A stretch of DNA of 58,989 bases, filler included, from Dugesia japonica (lineage: Eukaryota): NCBI GenBank assembly GCA_001938525.1. It is 5 parts of 5 records of this genome, joined end to end, with 100 filler letters (N's around TTAATTAATTAA, not from the genome) between each part and the next. Parts side by side here need not be neighbours in the genome. Positions count along the whole stretch, not along the records: positions 10,795 to 22,065 come from MQRL01366302.1; positions 22,166 to 32,361 come from MQRL01599835.1; 3 more parts are not named here. One strand, written 5' to 3'. A model generated the notes under the pieces. It was not told where the DNA came from, ran no database searches, and worked only from the letters and a program-made list of their open reading frames with translations. This document shows positions 12,070 through 24,459 of the stretch, piece by piece. The position numbers and the translations under genes were made by a program. Positions within the stretch are counted from its first letter, which is position 1; every line of letters starts with the position of its first letter.

Positions 12070-15000
12070 CCTAATTAATGGAATTTACGATATTTTGAAA
12101 AGAAAAAAACAAGAAAATTATTTAAACATTTGAAAAATATAAAATTTTATAAAATCGAATATTTTAAAGATAGTAAAGATGAATTAACAAGAAATATTGA
12201 ACGATTACATTTTATATTAATAACCCGGATTAGAAAAGAAATTACTAAAATTGTTGATTTATATTTTGATTATTCAAAAAAGTTGATATTACGATTAAGT
12301 GTAAACTGTAATTATAATAAAGAAGATCAAGAAAGAGTATTTAATTCATATTCAAGTAATGAAAGAATAACAACGAAAGGCGGTGTAGAAATTGCTGTAA
12401 GTGAGTTATTAAATCAACTTCAAAGATATATCGAAGATGAAGATCAAAATGAATGTGTTTGGAATTTAGATTGTATTGTTGATTTCAAAATTGAATTATC
12501 AAAATATCAATCATTAGTTGGTGGCACCTATATAAAATTACCTTTTATTAAACGAGGTGTAATTAATATTTAAAATAAAGACAATTATTGTTTTCTATAT
12601 TCGTTTTTAGCACATAAACATGTAATACAAGATCAACCAACTAGAGTTTCAAATTATATTCCTTATTTAGGTGAATTAAAAATAGGGTAAATTAAATTTC
12701 CAGTAAATAATGATGATGTTAAAAAATTTGAAAGATTAAATGATTTTAAAATAAATGTATTAGAAGTAAACCCCAAAGCCAAAATATTTCCTATTTATAT
12801 TTCTTATTATAAAACTAATCCAAAACCATCTGAAAATAAAAGTAATTTATTAGTTTATAAAGAACATTGTATTTTATTTAGATATGTTAGTGTTTTAGTT
12901 AATACTAATAAAAATTATTTGTGTATATCTTGTATGAATTTTTATCATAGAAAAAATTAATGAATTAATCATCAGAAAGAATGTTTAAATCATGATTTAT
13001 CTAAAGTTTATTTTGAAAAAGAAAATTATTATTCATTTAAAAATCCTCATTTTGCAAATGAATTACCATTTGTAATTTACGCTGTTTTCGAAACTTATAC
13101 AAACACAATTACTAAAAAACAAAACCATTATCTCTTGGAATTTATTATCTCAACATTTAATGGAAAATGAATATAAAGTATTTTATGGAGAAACTATTCA
13201 TGAAGATTTCTTTAAATTCTTGTAAGAAATGAATGATAAATTAAAAGACATTAAAGAAAATAAATTAATCTTTATTTCAATAAAACAATTCAGACAAAAA
13301 ACTTTAAAGAATATCCTAAATGTAGATATTGTAATAAAAATATGGGGACAACAGAAAACCTAGTTATCGATTATGATAACTTTAATGGATAATTCACGGG
13401 TTAAGCTCATTCAAATTCTAATTTACAAGATAAATCGATTAAAGATTTATTTATTACTTTATATTTTCATAATGCATCTGGTTATGATAATCATTTGTTT
13501 TTCAAAGAATTATTCACAAAATACCCATCAGAAATAAAAAGAATAATTCAACAGACTGGTGAGATTTATATTTCCTTTGAATTAAGAAAGATCCGATTTC
13601 TAGATTCTTCAAGAATGTGTACTCAAACTTCAGTTGAGAAAATGGGGGAAACATTAAATTGTTAGGGAAGGTAGACATTAAAGTATGAAAAGACACAAAT
13701 ACAATAAGCAAGCATTAAAACATAACAGCATATATACACATAACAAACAATTCAGTGAATTCGAGATCAATACAATCATTCGATACCCAACAAACCAGCA
13801 AACTTCAGTGATCCAAATTTTGTAAAGAAACTTAATTGATCATCAACCTTGAACTTAATTTTATAATTGTGATCAATTGTTTATTTTAAATTTATTGACA
13901 ATTTTGGATCGATTAATTTTATAATTGTGATCAATCGTTTTTCATGGATTTACAATTTTGGATTTTAATCAGGTTCGAAATATTTTGTTATTGTATGGAA
14001 AATTTTTATAAAATTTTTTTTTATCATGAAAATTAATGTAAATATTTGGTAATTTAAATCAGGCTTGAAATATTTTGTTATTATATGGAAAATTTTTATA
14101 AAAATTTTTTTATAAATCATGAAAAATAATGTAAATATGCATGATAACTATGATAACCACTAGTATAAATAGTAGATTTTATTTCATATTTTTCGCCCGT
14201 TCTTGAAATTCTCAAAGAAGTCTAATACCTAAGGTAACAGACTCAGANNNNNNNNNNNNNNNNNNNNNNNNNNNNNNNNNNNNNNNNAAAAAAGTAAAAC
14301 TTGTTTTATTTAATATAAGACGACTATATTTATAAAAATATAATTCTATATATTAAACATATTAAGGTATAAGCAAACGAATATAATAATATTTATAAGT
14401 AAAAATTTGGATTTAGTTTCTCTAAGATATAAATAATAGAACTCACGTAAAAATCGTTGATTTGCCTTTGCGAAATCCCAAAGACATCTCAACAAAATGA
14501 ATCTAATAATTATAACTATTTGAAACCATTTAATCTTCATCCAAAGAAAATATCATTTCCATATGATTATGTTAAAGGAAATAATATTAATGAAGTAATT
14601 GAATTATTTAAAGGGGTTAACAAACCATCAAAAGAAGATTTCAATATATTAAAATATTAAAACAAAATATATTAAAACAAAAGAAAATAAATGATCAAGA
14701 ATATAATGAATTTTTAAATGATTTTAGTAACTTTAATAATTTATGGGATTATATGTTACATTATATGAAACTAGATGTAACTATTTTAGTTGATTACTTT
14801 GAAAATTTTAGAGAAACTGGTTTAAATAATTATCAAAAAGATCCTAGTTATTGTTACTAAGCTCCTGGATTAACTTGGAATGCGGGAATGAAATTTACCC
14901 AAGTAAAATTAAAATATGCTCAAGAAGAAACTTATGATATTTCCCTAAAAATTGAAAGAGGGGTTAGAGGCGGTTATTCGGGAGTTTGTGGAGAGAGACA

Positions 15001-16385
15001 AGTCTTTTGAAATAATCAAAAATCAATTAATAGATTTGAAAGAACTAGACAACTAAACAAAGCACAAGTTGGAGATATATTATTTTCATTTATTAAAAAT
15101 AAATCTATACCGAAAAATTGGAAAGATACATTTATTAAATATCTAGATGAGAAAAGTCTTTATGCTAGCTGTATGACAAAGCCTTTACCAACAGGAGAAA
15201 TAGTAGAATCAGATAAATTAATATATATACCAACAACTGATAAAATTAATTATATTTATGAAGTTGATTTAGAATATCTAAAAGAAATTCATGAAAAAAC
15301 TAAATACTTTCCATTAGCACCAGATCGAATAAACATTATAAAATAAATGTTAACACCTTATCAATTATCATTTAATAAGAAATTATCCAAGTAAAATACT
15401 AAATTGACACTAAATATATTTGATAAAGAAAATTATATAGTTTTAGAAAGTACTTTAGATTTATACATTTCTCTAGAAATGAAAATTAAAAAATCCATTC
15501 TAAATATATAACCCAACAAAACCTTGGTTAAAAGATTACATTCAATTTAATATTGATAAAAGAAACGAGGCTACAAGTAATCAAGATGTTTTTGGTGATG
15601 TCTTCTTTAAATTATTAAATAAGGCTTTCATGGGAAAACTTTAGAAAACATTAGAAAAAGATGTAATGTTGAAATAGTTGGAACAGATAAAGACTATTAA
15701 AAGTTTGCTTCAAAGATAAAATTTAGATCTAGTAAAATATTTACTTGTAAAGATACATGAGAAGCAAAAACAGCAGCAATTCATTTAAGACAAAGTAAAT
15801 TAAAATATAGTAAATTACCATACATTGCATTTACTATTTTAGAATACGCCAAAGAAGTAATTTATGATTTCACTTATAATCAAATGGATAAAGCAATTCC
15901 CAACAAATATAAAATTCATTAAAGTGATACAGATAGTGTCTTTGTAGAAAAAATTGGACAAGAGAATTTAAACAAAGTAACAAATTTATTAGGAAATAAT
16001 TTATTTTATATGAAAGATGAAAAACCAAATTCTGAAATATCTAAATGTGCTTTTATAAAACCTAAAGGTTATGCATATGAGTTTGATAACCAACTCGATA
16101 AAAGACATAAAAGTGTTTCTAAATTTAGGGATGAAAGAATTTGATAAAGCTTTAAATTTAAAAGAAACAATTTATAGAACTAATTATAGTTTAAAATCGA
16201 AAAAACTTGAAATAGAATTAACTGAACAAAGGAAAATAGCTTTAACCGGTTATGATGATAAGAGATTATTCGAAGACAATGGAATAAGGACTTGGCCTCA
16301 TAGAAATAAATTTAAATGTGAAAATTGTAGTGAGTGGGATTTAAGACTTGATAAATTACAACAATTAAATTGTAGTTTAATATAA
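12070..16385 (+). pseudogene. Protein-primed DNA polymerase B with endonuclease VII-like zinc motif (Polinton/adintovirus type), near full length, copy 2
   Basis: GGTYIKLP..VINI*NKDNYCFLYSFLA; CRYC..DYDNFNG*FTG*AHSNSNLQ; FHNASGYDNHLF; YISF..RFLDS; FPYDY; LDVTILVDYFENFR; RGVRGG; YLDEKSLYASCM; SDTDS; YDDKR. Confidence 0.95.
13660..14494. mobile_element. LTR-type insertion (solo LTR or gap-collapsed element) in PolB
   Basis: TGTT...AACA termini, perfect 4-bp TSD AAAT (13656-13659, 14495-14498); removal restores frame ETLN|ESNNY...FPYDY. Confidence 0.88.
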
Positions 16386-16501
16386 AATAAAGTGGCTCAC
16401 GCGAGAGTCGATTTCTAATTCAAATTTATAAAGTGGTGACTGCAGTCACAGGTTTTTTAATTAAAATCTAAAATCAAAAGTGTCGTCTGCAGACGCCAGC
16501 T

Positions 16502-16747
16502 TTATCTCTTTAATTTATTAATAACTTTTTGTTGATTTTTGCACTTTGTTTGCGTTAGCTCTATTTGTTCTTCAAGTTTCTTTAATAAATCCCCTTTTAA
16601 ATAACTTTCAAATTTAACTTCTTGAGAAATTAAATCTTTAACTTGTTTTATCATATTCTTACTTGTTGATATTTCTTTATCAGTTAGAAGACTATCGCTT
16701 AAAGCTTTTTGATGAAATAAAAATATCTTATTTTTAACCGTTTCCAA
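16502..16747 (-). CDS. Small Polinton-associated hypothetical protein
   Basis: Open 81-aa ORF abutting 16748 ORF in same frame (possibly one gene with a premature stop). Confidence 0.45.
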   Translation of the reverse strand: METVKNKIFLFHQKALSDSLLTDKEISTSKNMIKQVKDLISQEVKFESYLKGDLLKKLEEQIELTQTKCKNQQKVINKLKR

Positions 16748-17167
16748 TTAATGAATTAAATTTTTATACTTTTTCTTTTTGGATTTTATTAAAGATGAAT
16801 TCCAAGTACCAATAACTGGAATACAAGAAACTGAAGTAGTTAAAATAATTGGAATTAAATTTACGCCAATTCCAAAAGTTCCTAAAGAAATTAATATAGT
16901 TCCAGTTATTCCTACAATTGCACCAATAAATATTTCTGTAAATGTAATCGAAGTATCTAATCTTGACCATCTTTTATAAATCTTTTTGTAGTGGATTATT
17001 TTATCATTAATAAAGTAAAGATCTGATTCAATATCTACTATTCTTAAATTTGATAATTTAGTTTTTAAATCTTGAATTGTATATTTTTGGTCTTTATTAA
17101 TATAATTATCATTTAGTTGAGGATATACATTTTTATCTACTTGACCTTCTAGGATTTCATCAGACAT
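16748..17167 (-). CDS. Polinton-associated membrane protein
   Basis: 139-aa ORF with ATG; hydrophobic hairpin IFIGAIVGITGTILISLGTFGIGVNLIPIIL flanked by basic residues. Confidence 0.6.
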   Translation of the reverse strand: MSDEILEGQVDKNVYPQLNDNYINKDQKYTIQDLKTKLSNLRIVDIESDLYFINDKIIHYKKIYKRWSRLDTSITFTEIFIGAIVGITGTILISLGTFGIGVNLIPIILTTSVSCIPVIGTWNSSLIKSKKKKYKNLIH

Positions 17168-17191
17168 TTTATTTATTGTTTATTTAAAGAT

Positions 17192-18350
17192 TTAATATGA
17201 AATAATAATATTATAAATATAAATATTTGATGGAAAAATAAAAGTAATTCTTTCTATTGGTTTATTTAAGTTTTGATTAATATTAACACTAAAACGAAAG
17301 AAGTCATTATTAACAGAATGAAAATTATGTTCATCTAGTTTATTATTAATTATTATATAAACTTTAAAAAGATGTAAATCAGTAAATCCATTAAATAATA
17401 AATTTACTTCTTTTAATGAGTTTTTTAAATAAAAATAAAGTTCTAATGGTTCTTCAAGAAAATAATATTTATATGCTTTTCCTGAAACAATAAAAGATTT
17501 AAATATTACTTTTCTTTTTATTTTAAAGGGGGTTAATCCAGAATGATATGGTAATTCATTCTTTGTAAATAAAGTAGTTAATCTAAAAAGTGTTTTGTTT
17601 TGTGGCTTGGAGTGAGGATTAGTAAAATTTATTTTATCAGAGTAAGGAAAATAATTATCAGTTATTTCTCTAATCTTATTTAACAAGTCTTGTCTTTGGA
17701 GTTTTATGTTCTGGAACTTCATGATCTGAATTTGTTTTATTTTAATAATGTAATCATTAATTTCATTAACACGATCAATATGAAGATCTTGTTTTTTTTT
17801 ATTAAATTCTTCTTCTAAAGGATATAAAGGATTATTTAACAATTCGATTTCTTTTAAGAGCTTCACAATTTCTCAATTAATTTTATTAAACTTTTCAGGT
17901 GAACAAGTACTTGATAAATTATTAATTTTTTCTGAGAGCTTATCGATTTCATTTTTTAAATCACTTTGTTTTTGTTAGCATGGTTTTTAAATTACTCTTC
18001 GTTTCCACCAGCCTGGTTTTTAAATCATTTATTTTAATAATTAAATCGGCTTTATCTTTAATCCATGATTAATTATTTTTTAAAATATGAAGAATATAAA
18101 TATTTTGAGCATCTAATTGATTTTTTATTTCTGATACTTGTTTTTCTAATTTATTTAAATATTTTAAATTAACTGCATCTAATTCACTTTTAGGATCATT
18201 AATAATTTTTAAAGAAGTTATTGAATCTCCACTTTCATTAACAAATCTTTTATCGTTGGTTATTGATTCTAATTTTTATTTAGCATAATCATGTTTTAAT
18301 ATTTCAGCATTATTTTGACTATTTAAAGTTTCTCCACAAAAATTCATTTT
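17192..18350 (-). pseudogene. Polinton-associated hypothetical structural protein(s)
   Basis: 224-aa open frame plus disrupted upstream part containing DPKSELDAVNLKYL (DPxxxxDAVNxxY fibre-like motif). Confidence 0.45.
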
Positions 18351-18362
18351 TAAAAGTGATTT

Positions 18363-18830
18363 TTAAAGTAATTCTTTAAATGTTTCATATAATTTATTAA
18401 TTATTTCATCAAAGGATTTAGATTTAAGAGAAAATGAATATAAAAAATATATACATAAAACTCCACAAATACTTTTACTAAAAGGTTGAACTTGAATTTT
18501 ATTATAAACATTTACATATTTATCTAGTTCTTTAAATGGTTTTAATTCATAAAAATCAAAATAATATGCACCTTCGGTTTGAGCTTCGCGACCTTGGTAA
18601 AAAGCAACCCAATGAGTTCCATTTTGATTTATATTTTGATAATTAATAATTAATGGAACTCCTTCCAAGGGCGTATGCATACACCAATTATTATCTTAAT
18701 CTTTATTAATTTTAGGAGAAGTAAAGAAGCAAGCATCAATGATTTCTTCTTTCATTAATACTCCAACACCTAAATTTAAAAAAACAGCAATAGAATACAA
18801 AATCAAAATTAGTTTCAGTATTTATTCCAA
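18363..18830 (-). pseudogene. Adenain-like cysteine protease of Polinton/adintovirus
   Basis: IINYQNINQNGTHWVAF..YYFDF..QVQPFSKSICGVLCIYFL (His, Asp, Gln, Cys pattern); 5' part disrupted. Confidence 0.88.
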
Positions 18831-20342
18831 AAGTTTTTAAAAAATCTAGGATGCCGTAGGACTTTATCCTATAATTTATTCCTGACATTTTCTAATATGA
18901 ACTAATAATTAAATGGTTTTATCATTAAAATTTATTGGATTATTATTTTCATCTATAATAGTGTTGGGATGAAACACAACACTAAAGAAAAGGCAAAGCC
19001 GCCAGATTATAAAATGGTAAAAGAGGGAGAAAAATCATAAATGCAGATGAAAAATACTCAAAGATGGTTAAAATGAGAATAAGAACAAGAACGGGTTGAA
19101 AATTAATTAGTGGACGATCAAGAGTATGAAAAGTCGGCGGGAATGAACCCAGATAATCAAAGCCCGCATCCGCCCATTTAATTCAATTAAAAGAAATTAT
19201 AAATTAATATTCTAAGAAGGAAAATGTTTAATAAAACATTTAATAACAAGAAAAATATTAATTAAGTTTTAAAATAACCGAAAATTAAACCCAAAATTCG
19301 TTTATTTCAAATAACGTTGCTGCAAAAAATCACAGGACCTCGAGATAAGAAAATTCTAGAAGAATAAAGGGTAGGGCATCGGAATTTTATAATTAAAAAN
19401 NNNNNNNNNNNNNNNNNNNNNNNNNAAAGAGTCCAAAAACTAGACCAATGGGATACCTAAAAATAAAATTAGAACAAAGGAATGATTGTCATGTGCCATT
19501 CCAAAAATAGGCACCAATGACATGTCTAAAAACATGAAAAAAATGCTAAAATTGGCACTAGAACCAATAAGGTAGCAGAAATTAGAAGTAAAAATAACTG
19601 GTCAATGCCAAATTAGTGGGGGTGACTCGTAAAATGGTATTTAAACCCCCCAAAATTTAGACGAAGTTATCTGAAAAAAACACAATTATTAGTTTTATAC
19701 TACTCATAGTGAACTATTACTACCCGTGAATTAATTATCAGAGTTATCTCAGAAGATTATTAGTCATAACGACAAGTGAACTTTTAATTCGATCAAATCA
19801 CAATTTTACTTGCTAATTGTTAACAGTTAAGTAGTCCAGTCAACTTAACCATAACACTCGAAGGAAATTCATTAACGGCAACAATCAGAGAACGAAAATC
19901 TATTCACTCTTCACGCGTTGCAGAAAAATCCTGATTTATTAGTAAGCTATTCGATTTGTTATGTTATTAATAGTTAGGTGATGTTTTATATGATTTAATG
20001 CAATAATTATGTGGTTTAATATATTATTCACAACAAACATTTAATTTTTTAATTAATTATCTGGTGAATATAGTGCAATCTATATTATAATTTCCAGCAC
20101 TATTACTGATGATATTGGCTCTATTGTTTAAATAAGGAATGATATGCAGTGGCCCTTATTTTCATACTCTACTCCCTGATTACGTGCCTATAATTCCCAA
20201 GGCACAGTTAGTAAAATTACCTATAGAACCCACCAGTTTTTTTATAACCAGGGTTGTCGTCACTGGCAACCATTTTTTGTTATGGTTTTGGAGAACCAAA
20301 CCATGAATTTAATTTATACCTAAATATTTTGTCCTTTAGTCG

Positions 20343-20525
20343 ATGCCGGCGGTACTACGAAATACTCTTCGTTTAATAAGGAAACAACGTCAAACTACTC
20401 GCCTGAAGCAGCTGACAACATACTATTTAACAAATGGTAAAGTTGAACATCCCGACGAGACAGATCTGCAGTGTTTTGTTGAGATGTTCCCANTAGAGTA
20501 TAAAGTGNATATGGATGAGGAATAA
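20343..20525 (+). CDS. Orphan small protein exon, family X copy B
   Basis: 60-aa ORF after ctttag acceptor, GC-richer than flanks. Confidence 0.35.
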   Translation: MPAVLRNTLRLIRKQRQTTRLKQLTTYYLTNGKVEHPDETDLQCFVEMFPXEYKVXMDEE

Positions 20526-20583
20526 CTATTAGTTCCATCTTAGTGTAACTGGTGCATATAAAATAAAACTTAATTTTTGTTGT

Positions 20584-21072
20584 TTGATACATTTTTTATC
20601 TTTAATCGAATCATTACCAAATACTATTTTAGAGCATTATCAAATGGAATACAAGTGTGAAGTAAGCCTTGATGTAAATTCAGGCAGAACTGTGTTTAAG
20701 AGATACCAAAACCCATATGATCGTAACGCAAGGGTTTTGATAGAGCGATCAAATCTGCCGGCCGAACAAGTAATAAAAGAGAGGCGATGGGATGCCAGTT
20801 AGAGGAGTGCTTATTACAGCTGGTGTGGTTCTAGAAGGGATAGAGTCGCGTTTCCCACGGCTCCAATTTCTTTCGAGAGATCTGCTGAAGTATCACAGGT
20901 AGCGCGCGTGTGGCATGATGGGCCTTCATTAATCGGCATCACCACGAACCGCCTACCTTCAACTACCCAACTAACTTCTTTCGTCCAGAATTATTTGTGG
21001 AGTGCTCGTAATGGGGCGTCTAGTAATAACGACGAAAATGCCGAAGAGGAAATTGAGGAAGTTTCTCTATAA
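20584..21072 (+). pseudogene. Family X 'FKRYxNPY' gene, copy B (one internal TAG)
   Basis: EYKCEV..RTVFKRYQNPYDRN..NLPAEQ..*RSAYYSWCG..RVWHDGPSLIGITTNRLP..FVQNYLWSARN; homologous to 38226-38660. Confidence 0.8.
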
Positions 21073-21245
21073 TGTTGTTAAGAAGAATCAATGTTTGATT
21101 AGGCATTTGCGTTATCCGACTCGTTGTTACTTTTGTTAGTTATGAAACCAGTCTGTCTTTATTTATTAAACTATAAATCGTCTGAGATCCTGTTATTCTT
21201 TATCGTATTTGTATTTTAATGCATTCATCCTTGAATAAATCTCAG

Positions 21246-21531
21246 ACCACGAATAAAAAACTACGTGAAACCAGTGAGGACATGTAGCTCACGTGGGATT
21301 TATATCGGCTCGCTAAGCGGCGGTGGGAGGCTGAGACTGCAGTAGCTGAAGCTAAAGTTAAGCGCTATAAGCCGAAATGTTTAACCTTTAAATCGGAAGT
21401 AGAAGAGACCCAGAATCAAGAGAGGGTATGGAAATTATAAGTCGAATTCTTCACTGAAATCATTAAGTCTTATCAGGAGCGTGAAAATAAACTAGTAGAG
21501 AATACTCTTGGCCCCACATTTGATAGATAAA
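21246..21531 (+). pseudogene. Family X coiled-coil gene, copy B
   Basis: AKRRWEAE...FFTEIIKSYQERE, same W-to-motif spacing as copies C and D; two stops. Confidence 0.65.
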
Positions 21532-21638
21532 GGTACCCAGACTAACCGTTCCTGAGTTATCGTGTTTAAATTTTTGATTAACTTTAATAAATTATTTATT
21601 ATTTGTATCTTTTTTAATCTATTTCTCCGATTTTAGTC

Positions 21639-22058
21639 ATGGAGTTTGACTACTTAAACGATAATTTTTCTTTAGTGCAGCGAATTGTATTCCCAACTAG
21701 TTTGCGGAGATGTCATCGGATCATGCGCCGTCTGTTGCTAGAACGTCATTTAAAGTGTAAAACTGACCGGGCTCTGTTAAGACATCTCTCTCAGCGAGAC
21801 CAATTGATCAAGAAGTTAGACTTAGTGATTAAGAAACAAAATGATTTAGCCGAAAAAACTAAGGCTCTCGAAGCACAGAATACCCAGATATTGCAACGGA
21901 AAGTAGATTTATTAAAACAATATATAGCCGACCTGTCAAGTCAGATAGGCAACCCAACTTGGGTACAATGGGATGACAACGACGATATCGACGCCTTCAA
22001 TTTTTTGTCAACCAACCCGGACCAGTGGTTAGACCCTGGCGTGTTGGAAGAAATGTAA
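21639..22058 (+). CDS. Orphan coiled-coil protein with acidic Trp-containing tail
   Basis: Intact 139-aa ATG-to-stop ORF with heptad repeats. Confidence 0.6.
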   Translation: MEFDYLNDNFSLVQRIVFPTSLRRCHRIMRRLLLERHLKCKTDRALLRHLSQRDQLIKKLDLVIKKQNDLAEKTKALEAQNTQILQRKVDLLKQYIADLSSQIGNPTWVQWDDNDDIDAFNFLSTNPDQWLDPGVLEEM

Positions 22059-22109
22059 ATGTCGTNNNNNNNNNNNNNNNNNNNNNNNNNNNNNNNNNNN
22101 NNNNNNNNN

Positions 22110-22121
22110 TTAATTAATTAA
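22110..22121. other. Artificial contig linker
   Basis: TTAATTAATTAA in N run. Confidence 0.97.
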
Positions 22122-22165
22122 NNNNNNNNNNNNNNNNNNNNNNNNNNNNNNNNNNNNNNNNNNNN

Positions 22166-22655
22166 GAATTCTACCTTGTGGTATATTGCATTAATTTTTC
22201 TCACTTCTATCTCAGATTTGAGATCGGTTTTAGGTGTAAAGAATTCTTGACATACTTGTTTGATCAGATAATCTAAGCGATAGGCATTGCGACCTTTGGT
22301 TAGGCCCAATTTCTCAAAACATCTACCGTGTGATAGGTCTCTAATTCCCAATAAACGCTGCGTCGGGATACCAATAACTTTAATGATTTCTATAGCATTG
22401 CAACCAACGATTATTTTTCCATCAAAAAGTCGGTGCAATTTGGCTCTACAGGCATATTCATCTCAACGTCCAACTATTTCTGTTTCGGTTAATCTATGGG
22501 AATGAGTTTGATAGTGCTTTATGAGTTCTCTGGGAGTAATAATAGAGTTAATTATTAATTTCCCTTTGAAATTTTCTATTGATATTGATACTAATGCTGA
22601 AGTGTTTTCACCTTTGGTTGTTGCGTATTGTGCTGGGACGAAAAGTAACTTTTCT
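22166..22655 (-). pseudogene. DEDDh exonuclease-like domain (ISG20/REX4 family), catalytic residues replaced
   Basis: SALVSISIENFKGKLIINSIITP..IKHYQT..LFDGKIIVGC..IRDLS..RLDYL..SEIEVRKINAIY matches the REX4/ISG20 pattern; two ORFs in frame across one stop. Confidence 0.72.
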
Positions 22656-23355
22656 CGCTCGTCTTCTATTCGAGGTATCCGTTGGGCGCGCAATGAAAAG
22701 TGTTCCTTTAAATCATTCTGGTTAATATTGTAGATCCAATCCTCTACAGCTTTAGTTTCGAATAATGAGTTCTCTATCTGGGTGATAAATCTCGATGACT
22801 ACTAATACATTTGTTTTATTAGTGTGAATTTGCATATTCTTTTCTCGACTGCTCCCATTGTGAATTCTGTCATGAGAGTTCAACAGGCTCTACTGTTCCT
22901 GCAATTAGTAGCATTAACTTGTCTGATGGTACATGTACTACTAAGCAATCGGTGTTGATTTTCTTCAAATTAACTGGTATTAAGTCTAATAATTTGTTCT
23001 GAGTTTTTGCTTTAAGCCATATGGCTACCAATTCACGTTCGGGAGATTCTGGGACTTTGATCATGTTTGGGATCAATGTGCACTTTTGGTAATACCAAAA
23101 ACATTTATTTGAAGTATTATATTCTTTTGAGAAATACATAAGGAAACTTGTATAGATATATTTTGGTTTAATAGACTGCGTGATTTTTGTCTTGGACTCT
23201 TCTGTTGAGTAGTAGTACTGGAATCATCTAAAATTACTATTATTAACAAATTATCCTTATAACATTATAGGTGATAGTACAAGCTCTACTGCTTGATAAA
23301 TTTTAGTGCATTCAAGCTATTCTAGCTTATTTTTTGAATGCAATTTATGATGATT

Positions 23356-24330
23356 TTATATATCAGTGGTTTCGTATATCTGGTCATTATAATATACGTG
23401 AAACCTCTTAAAATGAATTTTAGCACAGATTGAAATAAATGCTACTAATGTCATCAACAGTACTAGGCCCATAAGTATTAATTGTAATTGCTCTATTGTT
23501 ATTATTCCCAACTTGTTTGGCGAACAAATACACGTATTATTTCGAATTTCCTGTAGGCGCAATGTGGTTTTTTCCATTTTGTTAATTTCGTTTATTCTCG
23601 TGGTGGGTGTAGTTGTATTTATTTGATTTATTTTTAGTCTAGATTTCAATCCTTTCCAAAAATTGGGTTTCATTTTATAAATATCATTTCCAAGCTTTTC
23701 TGTGTTACAGTTAGCTATTTGTAAATTTTGCTTTTCTTTTTTGAAAGTACGCATTTCTTGTCGTAATAAGATCCACTTTTGACCTTCCTGTCTGAAATAT
23801 TGAAATTTCAATATTAGTTTACTTTCACATTCATAAGAAATGAGTAAGTAAGTTGATTCTTTGGTGATGTTTTTATATCGAGATGTCGTATTCTTGATTA
23901 AAATACATCTGATCGCTTCATACCTTGGTACATGTGCAACTAACATAAGATGGGTATAGTTACTGACAGCTTTGACGTATGCTGGTTTAAATGTAATAGT
24001 TTCTTGTATTTCTACCGTATATACTCTGAATTGAGTAATACTCTTAGCTGTTCAGTTTGCTTCCATCTCTGTAATCATCAACTTAATTACAAAATGTTTA
24101 TTTCTGTGTATCTCGACTTTGGGTGAGTTAGTATTTAACTGAATATTGAGATTCAACCTAGAATCCATACTTTCGATCGTCACTGTGTGATTTCTATCTC
24201 CAACATGTTCTATCACTATAGTCCGATCTTGTGCATAAAACCGAACAAATTCTGTTTCTAATAACTTTGGAGTAAAGTATTCGGCTGGAGTTGTTTGTAC
24301 AATCTGTATTAAACTCATTATGACCAAAAA
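23356..24330 (-). pseudogene. Post-integrase type I membrane protein-like region
   Basis: Signal-like IVNFLVIMSLIQIVQT, beta-rich ectodomain, TM LQLILMGLVLLMTLVAFISICA. Confidence 0.5.
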
Positions 24331-24459
24331 ATTAACTATTTTTGGTGGTTGTTTAGATCTCAGAGTATATTTATGATCCTCTGTCGTACTTTGTTGCTTT
24401 GACCTTTTCTGAATCTTTTTATCTTTTATCTGTTTTACTTCAACCGCTTCTGTACTGGT

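Larger units (their letters stand above)
18962..22065 (+). mobile_element. Family X cassette copy B (3' end lost at contig end)
   Basis: Starts TGTTGGG, CCAAT-box cluster 19440-19570 and TATA-like tatttaaa near 19640, then four small co-oriented ORFs, two homologous to copy C genes. Confidence 0.6.

Noticed and set aside
16388-16500. Palindromes as a mini CRISPR array
   Set aside because: Repeats are not identical, only three, no cas genes
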